A stretch of DNA of 64,000 bases from Stegostoma tigrinum (Eukaryota). The stretch spans positions 24,918,276-24,982,275 of the forward strand of contig NC_081382.1 of assembly GCF_030684315.1 (NCBI RefSeq), written 5' to 3'. This document shows positions 51,052-64,000 of this stretch, piece after piece (positions within the stretch are counted from its first letter, which is position 1; every line of letters starts with the position of its first letter). The notes below the pieces were generated by a model. That model made no database searches. It saw nothing but the letters and a program-made list of their open reading frames with translations, and was not told the DNA's origin. The position numbers and the translations under genes are program-made.

Positions 51052-51165
51052 ATGGCTGCACTCCAGAGTCCATTTTATGGAGATAAAATGAATCTCTTCT
51101 CTCTCTGTAAAAAGATCGAACAATGTGACTACCCACCTCTTCCAGCGGAGCACTATTCTGAAAAG
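51052..51165 (+). CDS. NEK6: Next coding exon of the same kinase (C-lobe)
   Basis: Pyrimidine tract plus ctcag|ATG acceptor; donor AAG|gtgagt; 114 bp, phase 0/0, in frame with the upstream exon. Translates to [44 protein letters not shown] and terminal SEK are NEK6-type (NEK7 has NLY, DHY, SEE); LCKK is NEK7-type. Confidence 0.92.
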
Positions 51166-51351
51166 GTGAGTGCTTAACTGAGCTGATGATCAGGGGAGTG
51201 CTTGGCAATAGAGACACTCACTGTTTGGGAAATGTATTTAAATGTGTTAACTGTGTAATAACTGCAAATGCAATAATTACAATAGTGAGTAGGGAACATC
51301 AGACTTCAGTGTAGAATTTTAGGTCCTGCTGGGGCTGGAAACAAAGGTACA

Positions 51352-51454
51352 TGTTTTCTAATCAAGCTGTTCAGAGATGTCATTACATGCCTCTTTAGGG
51401 CATGAACCCAGGCCTCGTGGCTCAGAGGAGAGACACAACCACCACAAGAGCCCC
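51352..51454 (-). mobile_element. Monomer of the ~115-bp tRNA-derived SINE
   Basis: ttttctaatcaagctgttcagagatgtcattaca..gaacccaggcctcgtggctcagagg..ccacaagagccc. Confidence 0.65.
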
Positions 51455-54098
51455 TGGAAAGAAAGGTAGGCAAGGGAGGAACCCTGGATCAGCTGGTCAC
51501 CATTTTTCCATTGCAATTTGCATTGCCAGCCAGCTTAACCATTGGCAGGGGACCGATAGCAAGCTCACCCAAACCACAGAGTCCATGAATAATTGCAATT
51601 AAGGTCGTTAAGGACTCATGATGAGGGACATGCCAAGATTTTATAGGGGGCCTTCTTTAAGCTTCACAGTGGATCAGGGCATGGAGCAGATAGACAGCAG
51701 GGAATGACTCGTGACAACACCAAGGAAATTGACAGGCTGATTAAAAAGAAGAATGGCTCAGAGATGGTTCAGCCACATAGTGTCAGTGCACATTGTGGGC
51801 AGAGTGTTCACTGAACTCTTGGGTAGCACACGTGGGCATGAGCCAACTGACATTGCAGGGGCATTACGGTGAGAGGCAAGACTTGTCTTCCAATACAGTT
51901 GGGGAGCCACTTGAGGCCAGAAGGGTAGCATCTGAGAACAGAAGCACAACTGTCAGATTTTCGGTCCAGTGATGATGAGGAGCTATATCCCTGACAGGAA
52001 GAGCTGAGGCCTGGGCATCGGAAGGGCAGAGGAGGAGAATGAAGGGCAGGGAGTCCATGGACACTGTGACTTTGACACAGACTGCACTGTACAGATGAAA
52101 CTTGTCTGGGTGTGTTAGAGAAATTAAACTGCAATCCTGCAGGAAAATATTCACAGGGATCTGTGTTCCCCAAGCTGGAAGATTTCAGGACTCTCAGCAC
52201 TGCTTGCGATAGGGTTGCCAATCAGCATCAAAATCACCGTGACCTTGAAGCTGTTCACCTTTGGCTCCTTATAGGGATCAGTAGTGATTTTTGTTCATAA
52301 ACAGCAGCACATCAATATGTTTCACAACTCTCTGATGTAATTGTAGACAATATATTAATTGTAGGGAGATGTGGTCTCCCAAGGGAAGAAGGGCAGTGGG
52401 ATTGATTTCTCTTGCTGCGTCCCTTGCATTTCTGCTGGTGCAAGGGCTCTTGATCACCCCCATGTGTCTGTTAGACACCGACTGAGCAGTCAGTCAGACT
52501 CATCGACAGGATGGAGTTCCGTTCCCTCAATATTTAACAGGTCTGGACCTATACACTGACTTTGCTGGTGGCTGCTTCAGCTCCTTCATTACTTACAGTC
52601 GTGGCTGTCACAGCTTTTCACCCCAAAATACAAGAACCATTCCTGGAAACAAGGGAGAGTGCACAAAGTGATGGAGGTTGTTGCAGAATGCAGAGGTGCC
52701 CCAGGGTCTCACCAGGATGCCCTCATCCAATTCAGACTGGTCCCAGCTGAGCCATTCTGACCCAGCAGAACTGCATGGTTTGGAGCTCACATTGAAAAAG
52801 CAACCTACAACAGTTGCCGGTGAAGTGTGCAAGACTGCCCAGAGATTTCACTACCGTCATTCACATACTCTCACCCACCGTGCCACTCATTTGTCCATTC
52901 TAGACAAGATACTTAAAAATTGATGGAATGCTTTTCAGTTTAACATTGAAACTGGCTCTTTTCATGTTCAACTTAAGAATCACTCGCAAATAAGTTACAG
53001 GATTATGACTGAAGATTGATTTGTATGGGGCTTGTTAGAATGTGATTACAAAGGAAAACCTCAAAGAACCAAACTGTGAAGGGAGACTTGCTTGATTTAC
53101 ATTCAGAATCAAATCTTGTCTTTCTACACACTCTCACACAGATGGATGCACCATAGGGGATACTAGGCAAAACTGTGTTTGATTATTTCTATCTTTGTCA
53201 ACATAAAAATAAGAAAGAACTTTTGAAAATCCTCATGTTTCCCTGTGGCAAGATTTAGATTTTTAATCTGGTAAAGATCTGTATCAAACAATAGTACAAT
53301 CTGGCACAGTTTTGGATTTTGGACTGCAGGCTGAGTACTTTTAGCATCAAACTCTCCCCATTCCCATAGCTGTTTGTCTCAGCTTCCCTAACAAAGCAAT
53401 GTAAATAATTTTATAACACATCCTTTTCAGCTTGGATGATAACAAATGCAAAATCATACCAAGATGGGCCCACTAGCCTATCTAATGTAGTTTTGATGCC
53501 TTATGTATCACAGTACATACGCTCCTCAGACCACCTGGAGCTGTGTAATCTCCTGGAAGATGAGAAATAATCGAGCTACAAATCCAACACTCTTAAGCGA
53601 TGGTAACACAGTCTAGAGGAGAACCGATGTTATTTACATTGGAGGAAAGGTACCCTTTCTACAGTGTGATCTTCAGAAGCAACGCAGCGAATCAATATTT
53701 ACTACACCAGCTTGCAGCCCTTTTCCACAGGTACACTATTCTATAGGGACAGAAATTAATAATTATTATTTTTATATTTGAAGTTATGGTTTACCCTTAT
53801 TGGAAATTAAGAACGAACAGTTAACCTCTGATGTAACATTAGACGTGAACACATCAAAGGCCCAAAGATCATGATACAGGATTATTCTCTCCACTAGTAT
53901 CAGGTCATTACAAACAGGAAGGGAAATTATTGATAAACAAGGAATATTTACTGCATGTACATGAACAAAGTCTGTAGACTATATTGGATTGAAGAATCCT
54001 TTGTCTATCAGTTCTCACTTTCCATTGGCCCTCTTTCCACCAAAGAAACCATTTCTTTGCCAGCAAGAGCTCAGCTAAGCCCTAGATGCCCTCACTCA

Positions 54099-54270
54099 CT
54101 CACCATCGTCACCTCCTGATGGTGATCCTGGTCAACTGTTCAGCTCCATTGCTGAGGGTCCCCCATCATCACCCCACCTACTGATGGAGGTCCTGATAAA
54201 CCATTCATCTCTCTTCCTCAGGGACCCCTATCACCATTGGTGCCTGCTGATGGAGATCCCGTTACACTGG
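54099..54270. repeat. Diverged ~65-bp tandem repeat, about 2.6 copies
   Basis: cct(c/a/g)ctgatgg(t/a)g(a/g)tcc recurs at ~54112, ~54177 and ~54243. Confidence 0.65.
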
Positions 54271-55224
54271 AGTTGAAATCAAATGTCATTGTCTTGTCTC
54301 CTACTTCTTTATTGCCCTTGGTTACAAAACTTTAAAAGAAACCTGCCTTCTGCTTTTCTTTCCTCTTACAGTCTTACACTTTAAAATTAAATCTCCATCT
54401 GTGATTTATCTGTCAAAACTCTGAGCTCTGTACTTGTCCCACTAAACCTCTCCATATTTTTCCTTTCTTTCGTCCTTTTAGAAACTCCATAAAACCTACC
54501 TGCAGAACCAAGGTTTTTTTTGTTTTAATATGAATTAAGTGGTTTGGCATCAAATATAGTTTGTTAATGCTCTTGTGAGACACCTTCAGATGCTTTACTG
54601 TGACTTTCCTCATCCTGGGTCATATGGTATGGCCCTTGCCACATCATCTTTATTTCTTAGATAACAGCTAATGCTTGCTGACATGGGACCTGCTTCATTT
54701 CTTTCCTTCAAAATGATGTGACCTAACTCCAAGTTTTCTATCATCTCTGCAATTTTGAGATTCAACGCACTTGCCTGTAGACATGAAAACTAACTAGCTT
54801 GCAGGATCTTTAGTCAGCGGCAGTGAAGAAAGATGGCTGAATGTATCCAGGTGTAATTATCAGAGAGTGGGACTGCAGCAGAAGCAGTATTTTGGGGATC
54901 ACTTTGCAAAATGGGGTGAATGTAGTGGACCTGATCTATATAAGCTTTCAATCTTTAACAAAAATCACACAGGCGATTCCGGGCCTTAATTCAGTCACCC
55001 AAATGGAAAGCATGGGCTCAGTTTTACCTTTTCTGGAGATTGTGTGAGAGAGGTGGAAAATAATGGGTGAGTTGGGCCTGGAGAGATATCGGCACTAACT
55101 GAGTGCTGGGTGCGAACTTCCTCAACATGCCAATAATTAAAACCCTGAAGTAGTCGATTAACAGCCACTTAATGATCTCAACTCACCATCTTCCCAATGG
55201 CCTGCTTGAAGAGTGGTATGTTTC

Positions 55225-56088
55225 AAAGAACGAAGAACAAAGAATATTACAGCACAGGAACAGGCCCTTCAGCCCTCCAAGCCTGCGCCGATCGAGATCC
55301 TCTGTCTAACCTGTCATCTATTTTCTAACGGTCTGTGTCCATTTGCTCCCTGCCCATCCATGTACCTGTCCAAATATATCTTAAAAGACGCTAACGTGTC
55401 TGTGTCTACCACCTCCGCTGGCAACACGTTCCAGTCACCCACCACCCTCTGTGTAAAGAACTTTCCACGCCTATCTCCCTTAAACTTTCCTCCTCTCACC
55501 TTGAACTCATGACCCGTAGTAATTGAGTCCCCAACTCTGGGGAAAAAGCTTCTTGCTATCCACCCTGTCTATACCCCTCATGATTTTGTAGACCTCAATC
55601 AGGTCCCCCCTCAATCTCCGTCTTTCTAATGAAAATAATCCTAATCTACTCAACCTCTCTTCATAGCTAGCACCCTCCATACCAGGCAACATCCTGGTGA
55701 ACCTCCTCTGCACCTTCTCCAAAGCATCCACATCCTTTTGGTAATGTGGCAACCAGAACTGTACACAGTACTCCAAATGTGGCCGAACCAAAGTCCTATA
55801 CAAGTGCAACATGACCTGCCAACTCTTGTACTCAATACCCCGCCCAATGAAGGAAAGCATGCCATATGCCTTCTTGACCACCCTATTGACCTGCGTTGTC
55901 ACCTTCAGGGAACAATGGACCTGAACACCCAGATCTCTCTGTTCATCAATTTTCCCCAGGACTTTTCCATTTACTGTATAGTTCACCCTTGAATTTGATC
56001 TTCCAAAATGCATCACCTCGCATTTGCCCGGATTGAATTCCAGCTGCCATTTATCTGCCCAACTCTCCAGCCTATCTATATTCTGCTG
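55225..56088 (-). mobile_element. Young 5'-truncated CR1 LINE (one frameshift)
   Basis: WADKWQLEFNPGKCEVMHFG..LVRPHLEYCVQFW..FFTQRVVGDWNVLP, with an (AAGAAC)-type tail. The N-terminal ~30 aa of ORF 55507-56178 are flanking read-through. Confidence 0.95.
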
Positions 56089-58318
56089 TTTCCTGACCGG
56101 GTAACCAGGGCAATTGCCTGCTGGGTGGTGAAGGGTATTGTGGGGTGCAGGACAGGTTGGTGTTATACTTGTCCCCATCTGGGAGCAAGCAACGGCATGG
56201 ATATGACACAGGGTGTGGCCTCGGAAGCTTCTTCTCTTTCCAAGACTCCACCCCGTGATAAGCTAAAAGTCAAGACCTACCTTCTGGCCAAGGGATCCCT
56301 CAATATGAAGGCTTCAGCCAATGGCCTTCACGACCTAGAAGCTGCCAGACTCTGATTGGTCCATGGCCTCTGTTCAAGGCCTGAGGAACTCACTTGTCAC
56401 TCTGTAAACTGATTGGCACGTGATCCAGCAAAGTTTCTCAGTGGTGGTTTGGCCGCTTAGTCATCACCTGACCGGCTTTCTCTACACTTAACCTGAGAAA
56501 GGAAACAATCACAAAGTAGACATGAAGAAAGAAAAGAAATGCGACAGACAAAGTGCTAAATGTGAGATGGTGCTTCTTAGCTAAATGAAACAATATTTAT
56601 CTTCTGAAGGCGGCAAAGTTGGAAGATACGGAGTAGCAGAGGGATCTTTTAGGTTGGTGGGAAGGGACGTTCAAGTTCACAAAACAGTAAGACCTCAGAT
56701 ATGATTCACGCCTCGAATTCATTCTAAAGAAAAGCATGTTTTATGGGAAGAGGTGCAGAATATGTGAACGTAGGTGACAATTGGAACAACAGTGAGCCAG
56801 ATAAACTCTTAAACCTATCCCAGGATTCAAATTCAGTTAGGTCATGGCCGATCTCCAGCTCAAGTTAGTTTACCAAACTTTATTCCTTTAATCCTTTTGT
56901 GTCACAAGACTCTGTCAATCTCAGTCAGCCACAGTACGTTAGAGATTGTTAGTTTTAATTGAGATCTTAAAATGAGATCAGATATGTTTCTGACCTGCAA
57001 TTTGTTTTTAAAATTAGCAAAGAGTTATTACGTTTTGTTAGACCTCAGGTTATTTATTGTTAGCTGATCTAGAATTGTCAAGTAAAGGATATTTGACTGG
57101 AACTAGCAGCAAAGAAAAACATATGCTGCACAAATCCTGCACTTAATGAGAAAATATTTTAGAGTGACACTCATGAACTATTTCTTATATTACCCATCTA
57201 AGAATCTTTTCTCATTTGCTCATTTACTACTCAATAAAGTGTAAAATAAGGATATACTGGGGTCTGTCAAAAACAAGAAAGCTTACTTGCAGTTATGCAA
57301 TAGGACAAAGAACTAAGGTAATCTAAAAGTGCCTCTCTGTATATCCCAGTATGGATTTAATACTCCCATCCTACATTGGGTGCATGGTGAGCTTGTGCTG
57401 TTTGCCTCATGCCCAAGGAATTTCAAAACATGTAAATGTCCCCAGGATTTCCATCCCACAAGCTTTTTAAGAACCATTTACTTTCTAATGGATCCACGTA
57501 AAACCTGAAGTGACTTGGAAGAAATTATGGCCATTATGAGGTTAATAAAGAAAAGAAAAAAAATTCATAGGAAATGTCATAATGGCCTTGTTAAATGATT
57601 GACATTGCTCCCCATTGTCAGACGATTCTGATTTGACATTGTGTTCTTCTTTCCCAGGCCACAGTTATTGCCTTGCTATTTCTTATTTCCCCTCTGGTTT
57701 GTGCAAAATATATTTGCAGTATCTTTTTGCTCTAGAATTCTTGATCCCATTGCCTCATTAATTAATCTTTCCAGCAACCTTCCCAGGATTTGGATTTACA
57801 AAACAGGTATAAGTATTTATGATGTAACTCTCACTAGGGATTACCAGGAGCAATCTGTGCGCTGTATGTAATCTCAGATTCTTCTTTTACTGGCCTTCAT
57901 TTAAAATATTCTCTCATGGACTTCTGACAGAGCTGCTGTTTCATTCTCCGATTTCACTTTACCTTAATTTTTAGCTTATATTTTCTGCCTCGTGCCAGTT
58001 GTTTGATTTTTCTTACAGTTTATAGTGCAGAGTTTCAATAATTTCATCACAACATATTAATTAGTGCCTTAGCTCTATTTATTTATGATATTTTGAAGAT
58101 GTTAACGTTTTAAAGCTGTATTCTGCAATCTGTAAAATACTGATGTGCTTAAAAACATAATGATAGAATTTCTAAGGGTCTTCTCCAATGTCTCACCATA
58201 ATGTAGGCCTGGATCTTGGCAAAAATCCTGGAGAAATGGGAGAGGCCTCATCGGAATTCCTGGTGATTCTAAAATTCCAGTTAAACCATTATATTAAAAT
58301 AAACTTTCACAACTCCCT

Positions 58319-58479
58319 CAGAGATAATAGGAACTGCAGATGCTGGAGAATCTGAGATAACAAGGTATAGAGCTGGATGAACACAGCAGGCCAAGCAGTA
58401 TCAGAGGAGCAAGAAGGCTGATATTTCGGCCCTAGACCCTTCTTCAGAAGAGGGGTCTGGACCCGAAATGTCAGCTTTC
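58319..58479. mobile_element. Asymmetric fold-back Penelope-derived element with a 15-bp TSD
   Basis: ctttcacaactccct at 58304-58318 and 58480-58494; the right arm keeps GGGT-CTGG-ACCC-GAAAT-GTC. Confidence 0.8.
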
Positions 58480-60789
58480 CTTTCACAACTCCCTTACTGT
58501 TTAACAATCATAATGACGTGAGACTTCCACATATCTATCTAGGTATTTTCTTAAGTTTAACCTGCTACGTTTGTACAGTTTACTGGCACTGTCCTCTTCC
58601 AACAATTGTCCAGGAAGCCATTTGGTCATTAACTTGTATGCTTGTCTAGAATCAAATGGGTAGAAAATTAACTCCAGTGAATTTTATAGTTAGTGAGGAA
58701 ATAATATTTACATCATGGTCATGACCCATTTCTTATTTTGTACAATGTAACAATTGAAACAGTATAAATTACATGTATTGTATTCTTCACTTGATCATTC
58801 ATTATTCAATAAATAATGGAATTTAAAATGTAAAATAAGGTTCAGTGTTAGTAGGACTTTAATTCTGTTTTTTCACGACTCAACGAATGAGATGAGATCA
58901 GTAGCTGAGGTAGTCTAAAATGATTTATTTGTGACTCTATGACTCTATTTCCCAGTATGCAGTGACAATTTCACCTTGTACAGGGCACACAGTGAGTTTG
59001 CACTTTTTGTTTTATGCCCAGTAAAATTCAGCAAAAGAAAATCAAATCTTCCATGATTATTCATGAGCAATGACAGCGGGTCAGGTCAGGCAGTAGTATT
59101 GCACAGGACTTGATTCAGTTCTTCTAATCGTATAGAAGATATCCAAGTGTTACAAAGATGTGGTTTTATAAGATGGTATTTTGAGACTTTGTTTCTAGTT
59201 TAGGGTAAAAGGAATTGGGTCAAATGACTGTCTCTGAATCTGCCTAGTAACCAGATTGGGTTATGGAGTTGTTAAGGATTACAGGGATGCCCAGGTAGTT
59301 TTCTTATTAGGAAGAAGGTGTGAGATGTTCACATTTGGAAATAATTTAGCAACATCTGTGGCTAGACTGCTAGTTTCCAAAGTTTTGGGAAGATGCTGAG
59401 AGTTTCGGCTTTGTAACAGTTATGTTTTCAATTGTCCTTTAGACAAGAGAGCTAGGGTCTCAAGGATAACTCATTTGCATTTCTACCTGGATAATAGGCC
59501 CATGCGACTATTATTATTTTTATTGCGATTCTTGATAATGATTCTCATTGCCATGGAAATGGGCTTTGAGAGGGGAAAAGCTTCTGAGACACTCACAAAC
59601 ACAGTTAGTCTGCTGAGACCTGGGAAAAAGAGAACAGCTAGAGGCTGAGAAGCTTTATGGGTCACCGATTAGTAATGCAAGTGCTCAGATTTTAAATGAG
59701 CTTGAAAGATTTGCGTGGTCTACACTGGGGAGAAAGCCCTCATGATGAAAAGATAGTTCTGTGATTAAAATTCCTAGACTGGTGAAGGAAAGGAACAAAG
59801 TGAGCCTTCAGGAGTAGAAATCACTTCAGATTGGGCCCAGGAAATTCCAAGGACTATTTAAGGGTCAGTGTAAGGAGACCTGCAGAGAAGAGTTTTTGGT
59901 TGTGTTTAAAGTATAACTTGCCTGTTGAAATAGTATTTAATCAATTGTGTTTTTAAGCTGTTTAATAAAAGTCTTAAAATGTGAAATCATTTGAGCTATA
60001 AACTGGATGTTCAGTTTTCAAAAAAAGATCCTCTGACAAATGACACACAGCCCACCTCTTCCCTCAAAAAGGAGTTTCCTTAACTCCTAGAGATTATGTA
60101 GAGAGCATGCAGCAATGATGGACTCAAAATCTCAATTCTTTCAATGCTTTACTTTCACATTTTGGAAAGTTGGACCATTCCCTTTTAAAAATATTTAAGT
60201 ACAAGCATTTAAAAGTAAGTGATCGTCTTAATGATTTTTGAAGGAGAAGTGCGTCTACACAATTGTAAAAAAGGCTCCAGGACAAAAATTAGTTAAACTA
60301 GATGCATGAGATTAAACAGTAAACACTTGGTAAGGCTGTCTGAGTAATTGAAAAGGCATCTTACGCTCATTGTATCGGAGAGCCTTTTGCTTGAAGTTTA
60401 TGAAGAGAGAGGTAAAGAGACACTGAAGCCTTTGTGGGAGAAAAGCTATAAATTCAGTGTAACTGCACAAAAGATAGGATATTACGAGGAATACAGATCG
60501 TGTTTGGAATAAAATAGCGGATATATTCAATTTAACTTCAAGAAGACAAGCCACTGATATAGGGAAGCAAAATTAGTCACTATTTATTTGTACAGTGCAG
60601 AGACCAGTTTTATGGATTGAAGTAAGTCAGTAACATCTTCTGCATGTTCTCCTCATAGTAAATAAAGCATTGTAATGATTTGAACTTATTTTCTTGTAAT
60701 TTCATTTGAACGCTGCTTGTGTTGAGCAATTCTTTCACTTAATGCACAAAGCACATCTATCAGTCTCCTACAGTTGGTGGGATTGTTGG

Positions 60790-61110
60790 GGTGCAGTCAC
60801 CTGGTGGTATTATTGTTGGACTGTTAATCCAGAGATCCAGATAATGTGGTTCTGGGGACTTGGGTTCAAATCCCAACATGGCAGCTGGTGGAATTTGAAT
60901 TTAATAAATACCTGGAATTAAGATTCTAGTGATGATCATGAATCCATTGCCAGTTGTCAAAAAACCTATCTGGTTCACTAAAGTCATTTAGGGAAAGAAA
61001 CTACCATCCTTACCTGGTCTGGTCTACATGTGACTCCAGACCTACAGCAATGTGGTTGACTCTGAACTGTCTCTGCCTAGCCAGCAATGCCCTCATCCCG
61101 TGAATGAGTA
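60790..61110 (+). mobile_element. tRNA-derived SINE of the 41090 family
   Basis: B box GGGTTCAAATCCC, shared body, and tail ccctcatcccgtgaatgagt. Confidence 0.8.
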
Positions 61111-61358
61111 GAGGAGAAAAAAATGGGGTAAAGAAATCCACTGAGCAACAAAACATACTTGAAAAGAAAATTTAGAAAAACTATTTCCAAGAAATTGATA
61201 TTTAAGCATTGATCAATAATTCTAAAATCCTTTTTCAAAGATACAGAAATGACAGGCCAGATGTTCCATCAAATTTGGTCCAGAGTACGATTATGGACCC
61301 TCCATATTAAACCCCTCCACCTTTAAAACTAGTCTAATCCAAACCTGATATGGAATAA

Positions 61359-61583
61359 AGAGATAGTAGGAACTGCTGATGCTGGAGAATCTGAGATAAC
61401 AAGGTGCAGAGCTGGATGAACACAGCAGGCCAAGTAACATCAGAGGAGCAGGAAAGCTGACGTTTTGGGCCTAGACCCTTCAGAAATTTCTGAAGAAGGT
61501 TCCTGACTCAAAACATCAGCTTTCCTACTCCTCTGATGCTGCTTGGCCAGCTGTGTTCATCCAGCTCTACACCTTGTTATCTC
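61359..61583. mobile_element. Fold-back Penelope-derived element (both cores decayed)
   Basis: ~90-bp inverted arms meeting at cttcagaaatttctgaag; no clear TSD. Confidence 0.8.
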
Positions 61584-63125
61584 TGATACAGTCAGCTGTG
61601 TCTTTTGGTTCTTCTTAATTTCATGAACTGAAATAATCCATTCATAGGCATGCTATAAGGCCCTTTAACTATTTTGTAGATCCTCACCTAAGTCATGTCC
61701 AATTCTGAGCTGCTGTAAATTACTTTTCTACTTCAGTTGCATCTGTGAAATGGTTACTTCTGTTTTTGATGTAGTCTTGCGCAAGAGTTCAGCTGTCCAG
61801 TTCTCAATACACTTTTGTCGGCCAATAACTGAGGAATTCCTGCATAAGGGGCAGATGTGTCTTCTCCCTCTGCTGTCTATTCTTGTTGGTCTCCCTCTGG
61901 CAGTGCTGCAGCACAGTGCAACACACAATTATGGATCTGGATTTGAGAAAAATTTCCGATTCCAAAATACAAGTTTTGGCAAACTGAACCGCAGTTAGCA
62001 ATGACATGTAACCAAAGGTTGACTGACCTTGAAATTGGATTGGACATGCTGGAAATATATCAGTTTGTGATTTTCTTGCAGTTCTGTACCTCAATAACTG
62101 AATGAATATTAATGAACAACTTGATAAATCTGTGTTGTGAAGATAGTAGGTTGTGCAATATTAAAAATACAAATGCAAATACTTCCATTTTCAAGAAGCT
62201 GTTCAATGTAAATAATTATTACCGCAGTTAATAAAATGTGAAAATGTTCATGGTTTTATTTTTATTTTCATAAATATATTTATAAGCAGCTGCTTTATCT
62301 CAGATACATTATAATGCATTGGTTTAAAACAAAATTAAATGAATAAAGTTGCTGAAAAAGAGGAATAAGATGATCATAAATCATGTATTTCCACTGGGTT
62401 CTTTAGTTGCTGCAGCAATATTTCTGTAGATTATATTGTTTCAAAATGAACTGTGTGAACTAGTGGTACCAGATAAATAGGGCTGAATTCTGCCACCCAC
62501 CTTGAAGTTCCTCTGCAGAAGCTGCAAGTGGCAACTGACCCTTCATCAGCTGGCAGCAGGCCCCTCACAAAGCATATTGCCAGTGTTAATGATGAGGTCC
62601 GCCTCCATGAGTGCCAGCACAACCATTAGAGCAGCAACTCAGCAGTGCCACCACAAGCAGCGGACATCGCTGAGATCGCAGCTCTAGCAGGAGGGTGCCT
62701 CACTGGCGGGTTTATTTGCTGACAGGTGAATTGCATTGTGTCCAGCAGGGCAAAGCAGCCAGGCCCCAACAATCAGGAGGTTCACTGAGGGAACCAACAG
62801 TGCAGATGCCACAAGGGTGCGCTACTGTCACTGGGAGGGTGCTTCCATGGATCATAGAATGCACATAGAGAAACCCCACCCTCCGAACATGCTGCAAAAT
62901 TGCCAGGTTGACTTTATCCTTACATGGAGGCAGTCCCTGCAGTTGCCTGTTAACATACTGATCAGTGTCAGTGTAGCATAGCAGTGAGAATTACCAGGCT
63001 TTCCTCCCAATGTCTCTCCCCTCAACGTTGCTCGTGCTCCAAACTCCTAGCCCAATTCCAACAGGAAGTTTTAGTCCATGCTTTGAAATGGATCTCATGT
63101 TCAACCCAGTGGCGTTTATATATTT

Positions 63126-63295
63126 AGACTCATACGGTCAAAGAGATGTACAACACAGAAGCAGACCCTCCAGCCCAACTTGTCCATGCCAACCAGATAT
63201 TCTAAATTAATCTCATCCCATTTGCCAGCATTTGATCCATATCCTTCTAAACCCTAGTTTACCCATCCAGATGCCTTTTAAATGTTGTAGTTGTA
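63126..63295 (-). mobile_element. CR1 3'-tail fragment
   Basis: agagatgtacaacacagaagcagaccctccagcccaac..ccatatccttctaaaccc..ccatccagatgccttttaaatg. Confidence 0.7.
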
Positions 63296-64000
63296 AACTA
63301 AACAGCACAGGCAGTCAGCTGTGCAGGTTCCCTGCTCATTTTTTACACCTCTTATATACCTGCTCTCCCTTTTTATTTTAAAGCACCATTGCTTTGTTCT
63401 CAATCATCAGAAGATCAGAGTTTTAACACTGAGTTATAAAACAGCAATATCTTATTTTACATTTGTGTATCTTCAGTACAATAAACAGCATGGGTTCGAT
63501 ATTCAATCTTTTAAGGTGGATTCTTGTATGGCCATTCAATGGCCTGTGGAAGGACCCTGTCAGTGACAATGGCCCATTCTTGTGACAACAGTACCACGGG
63601 GGCCCAGTTGCAGGGAGCCTGGCTGCCTTGCCCTGCTGTCCACAATTCACCTGTCAGCGAGTGTGTCCCGTCACCCAGGGGCTGCATCCTTGGAGCTGCA
63701 GCCTCAGCAACGTCCACTACTTATGGTGCCACTGCTGAGCTTCCTTGCGTTTGATTGCGCTGGCAGCTCCTGGAGGCAGGCAGTCATCGTTAATAGGCTT
63801 GGACCCTGGCATCAGCCTCTTAACTGGCATCATTTTGTGTGAAACAATCAGAAGAATCACTGCTGATAGCGGAATTGGGTGAAATTTCCTCCCAGTGAAA
63901 TCAAGAAAAGGAAAACACAGTGATTCTTTCTAAAAGACTTTCCATATTGCATTCCCACACTGGTGATCCTAATTCCCAGGCAGTGAATGAAACTTACAGA

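Noticed and set aside
59100-60030. Old LTR-like tracts (also ~27430-27800 and ~29312-29825)
   Set aside because: The composition is suggestive, but I could not fix termini or TSDs.
51166-64000. Terminal kinase exon (expected LRELV..C..PDP..RPD)
   Set aside because: No acceptor followed by a matching peptide was found; it probably lies downstream of the window.

Overview
Vertebrate genomic DNA, not prokaryotic. The repeat content (HE1-type V-SINE, Deu-domain SINE, CR1, Penelope) points to a cartilaginous fish/shark (inference). The window lies inside a NEK6/NEK7-family kinase gene on the + strand, best matching NEK6. Two coding exons missed by the ORF track are present (17496-17590 and 51052-51165), joined by a 33.5-kb intron. 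I could not find the flanking exons. The rest is intronic: young and old CR1 LINEs, SINEs, a solo LTR, an internally deleted Gypsy fossil, a 1.2-kb minisatellite and possible enhancers. The most notable signal is a Penelope-like retroelement system. One 1.8-kb RT + GIY-YIG copy has inverted ends and a 13-bp TSD. About a dozen short, often fold-back, non-coding elements, most with 11-17-bp TSDs, carry a minimal hammerhead-ribozyme core (CUGANGA..GAAAC-GUC) whose stem II covaries between copies. Repeat boundaries were read by eye and are approximate unless a TSD is given.
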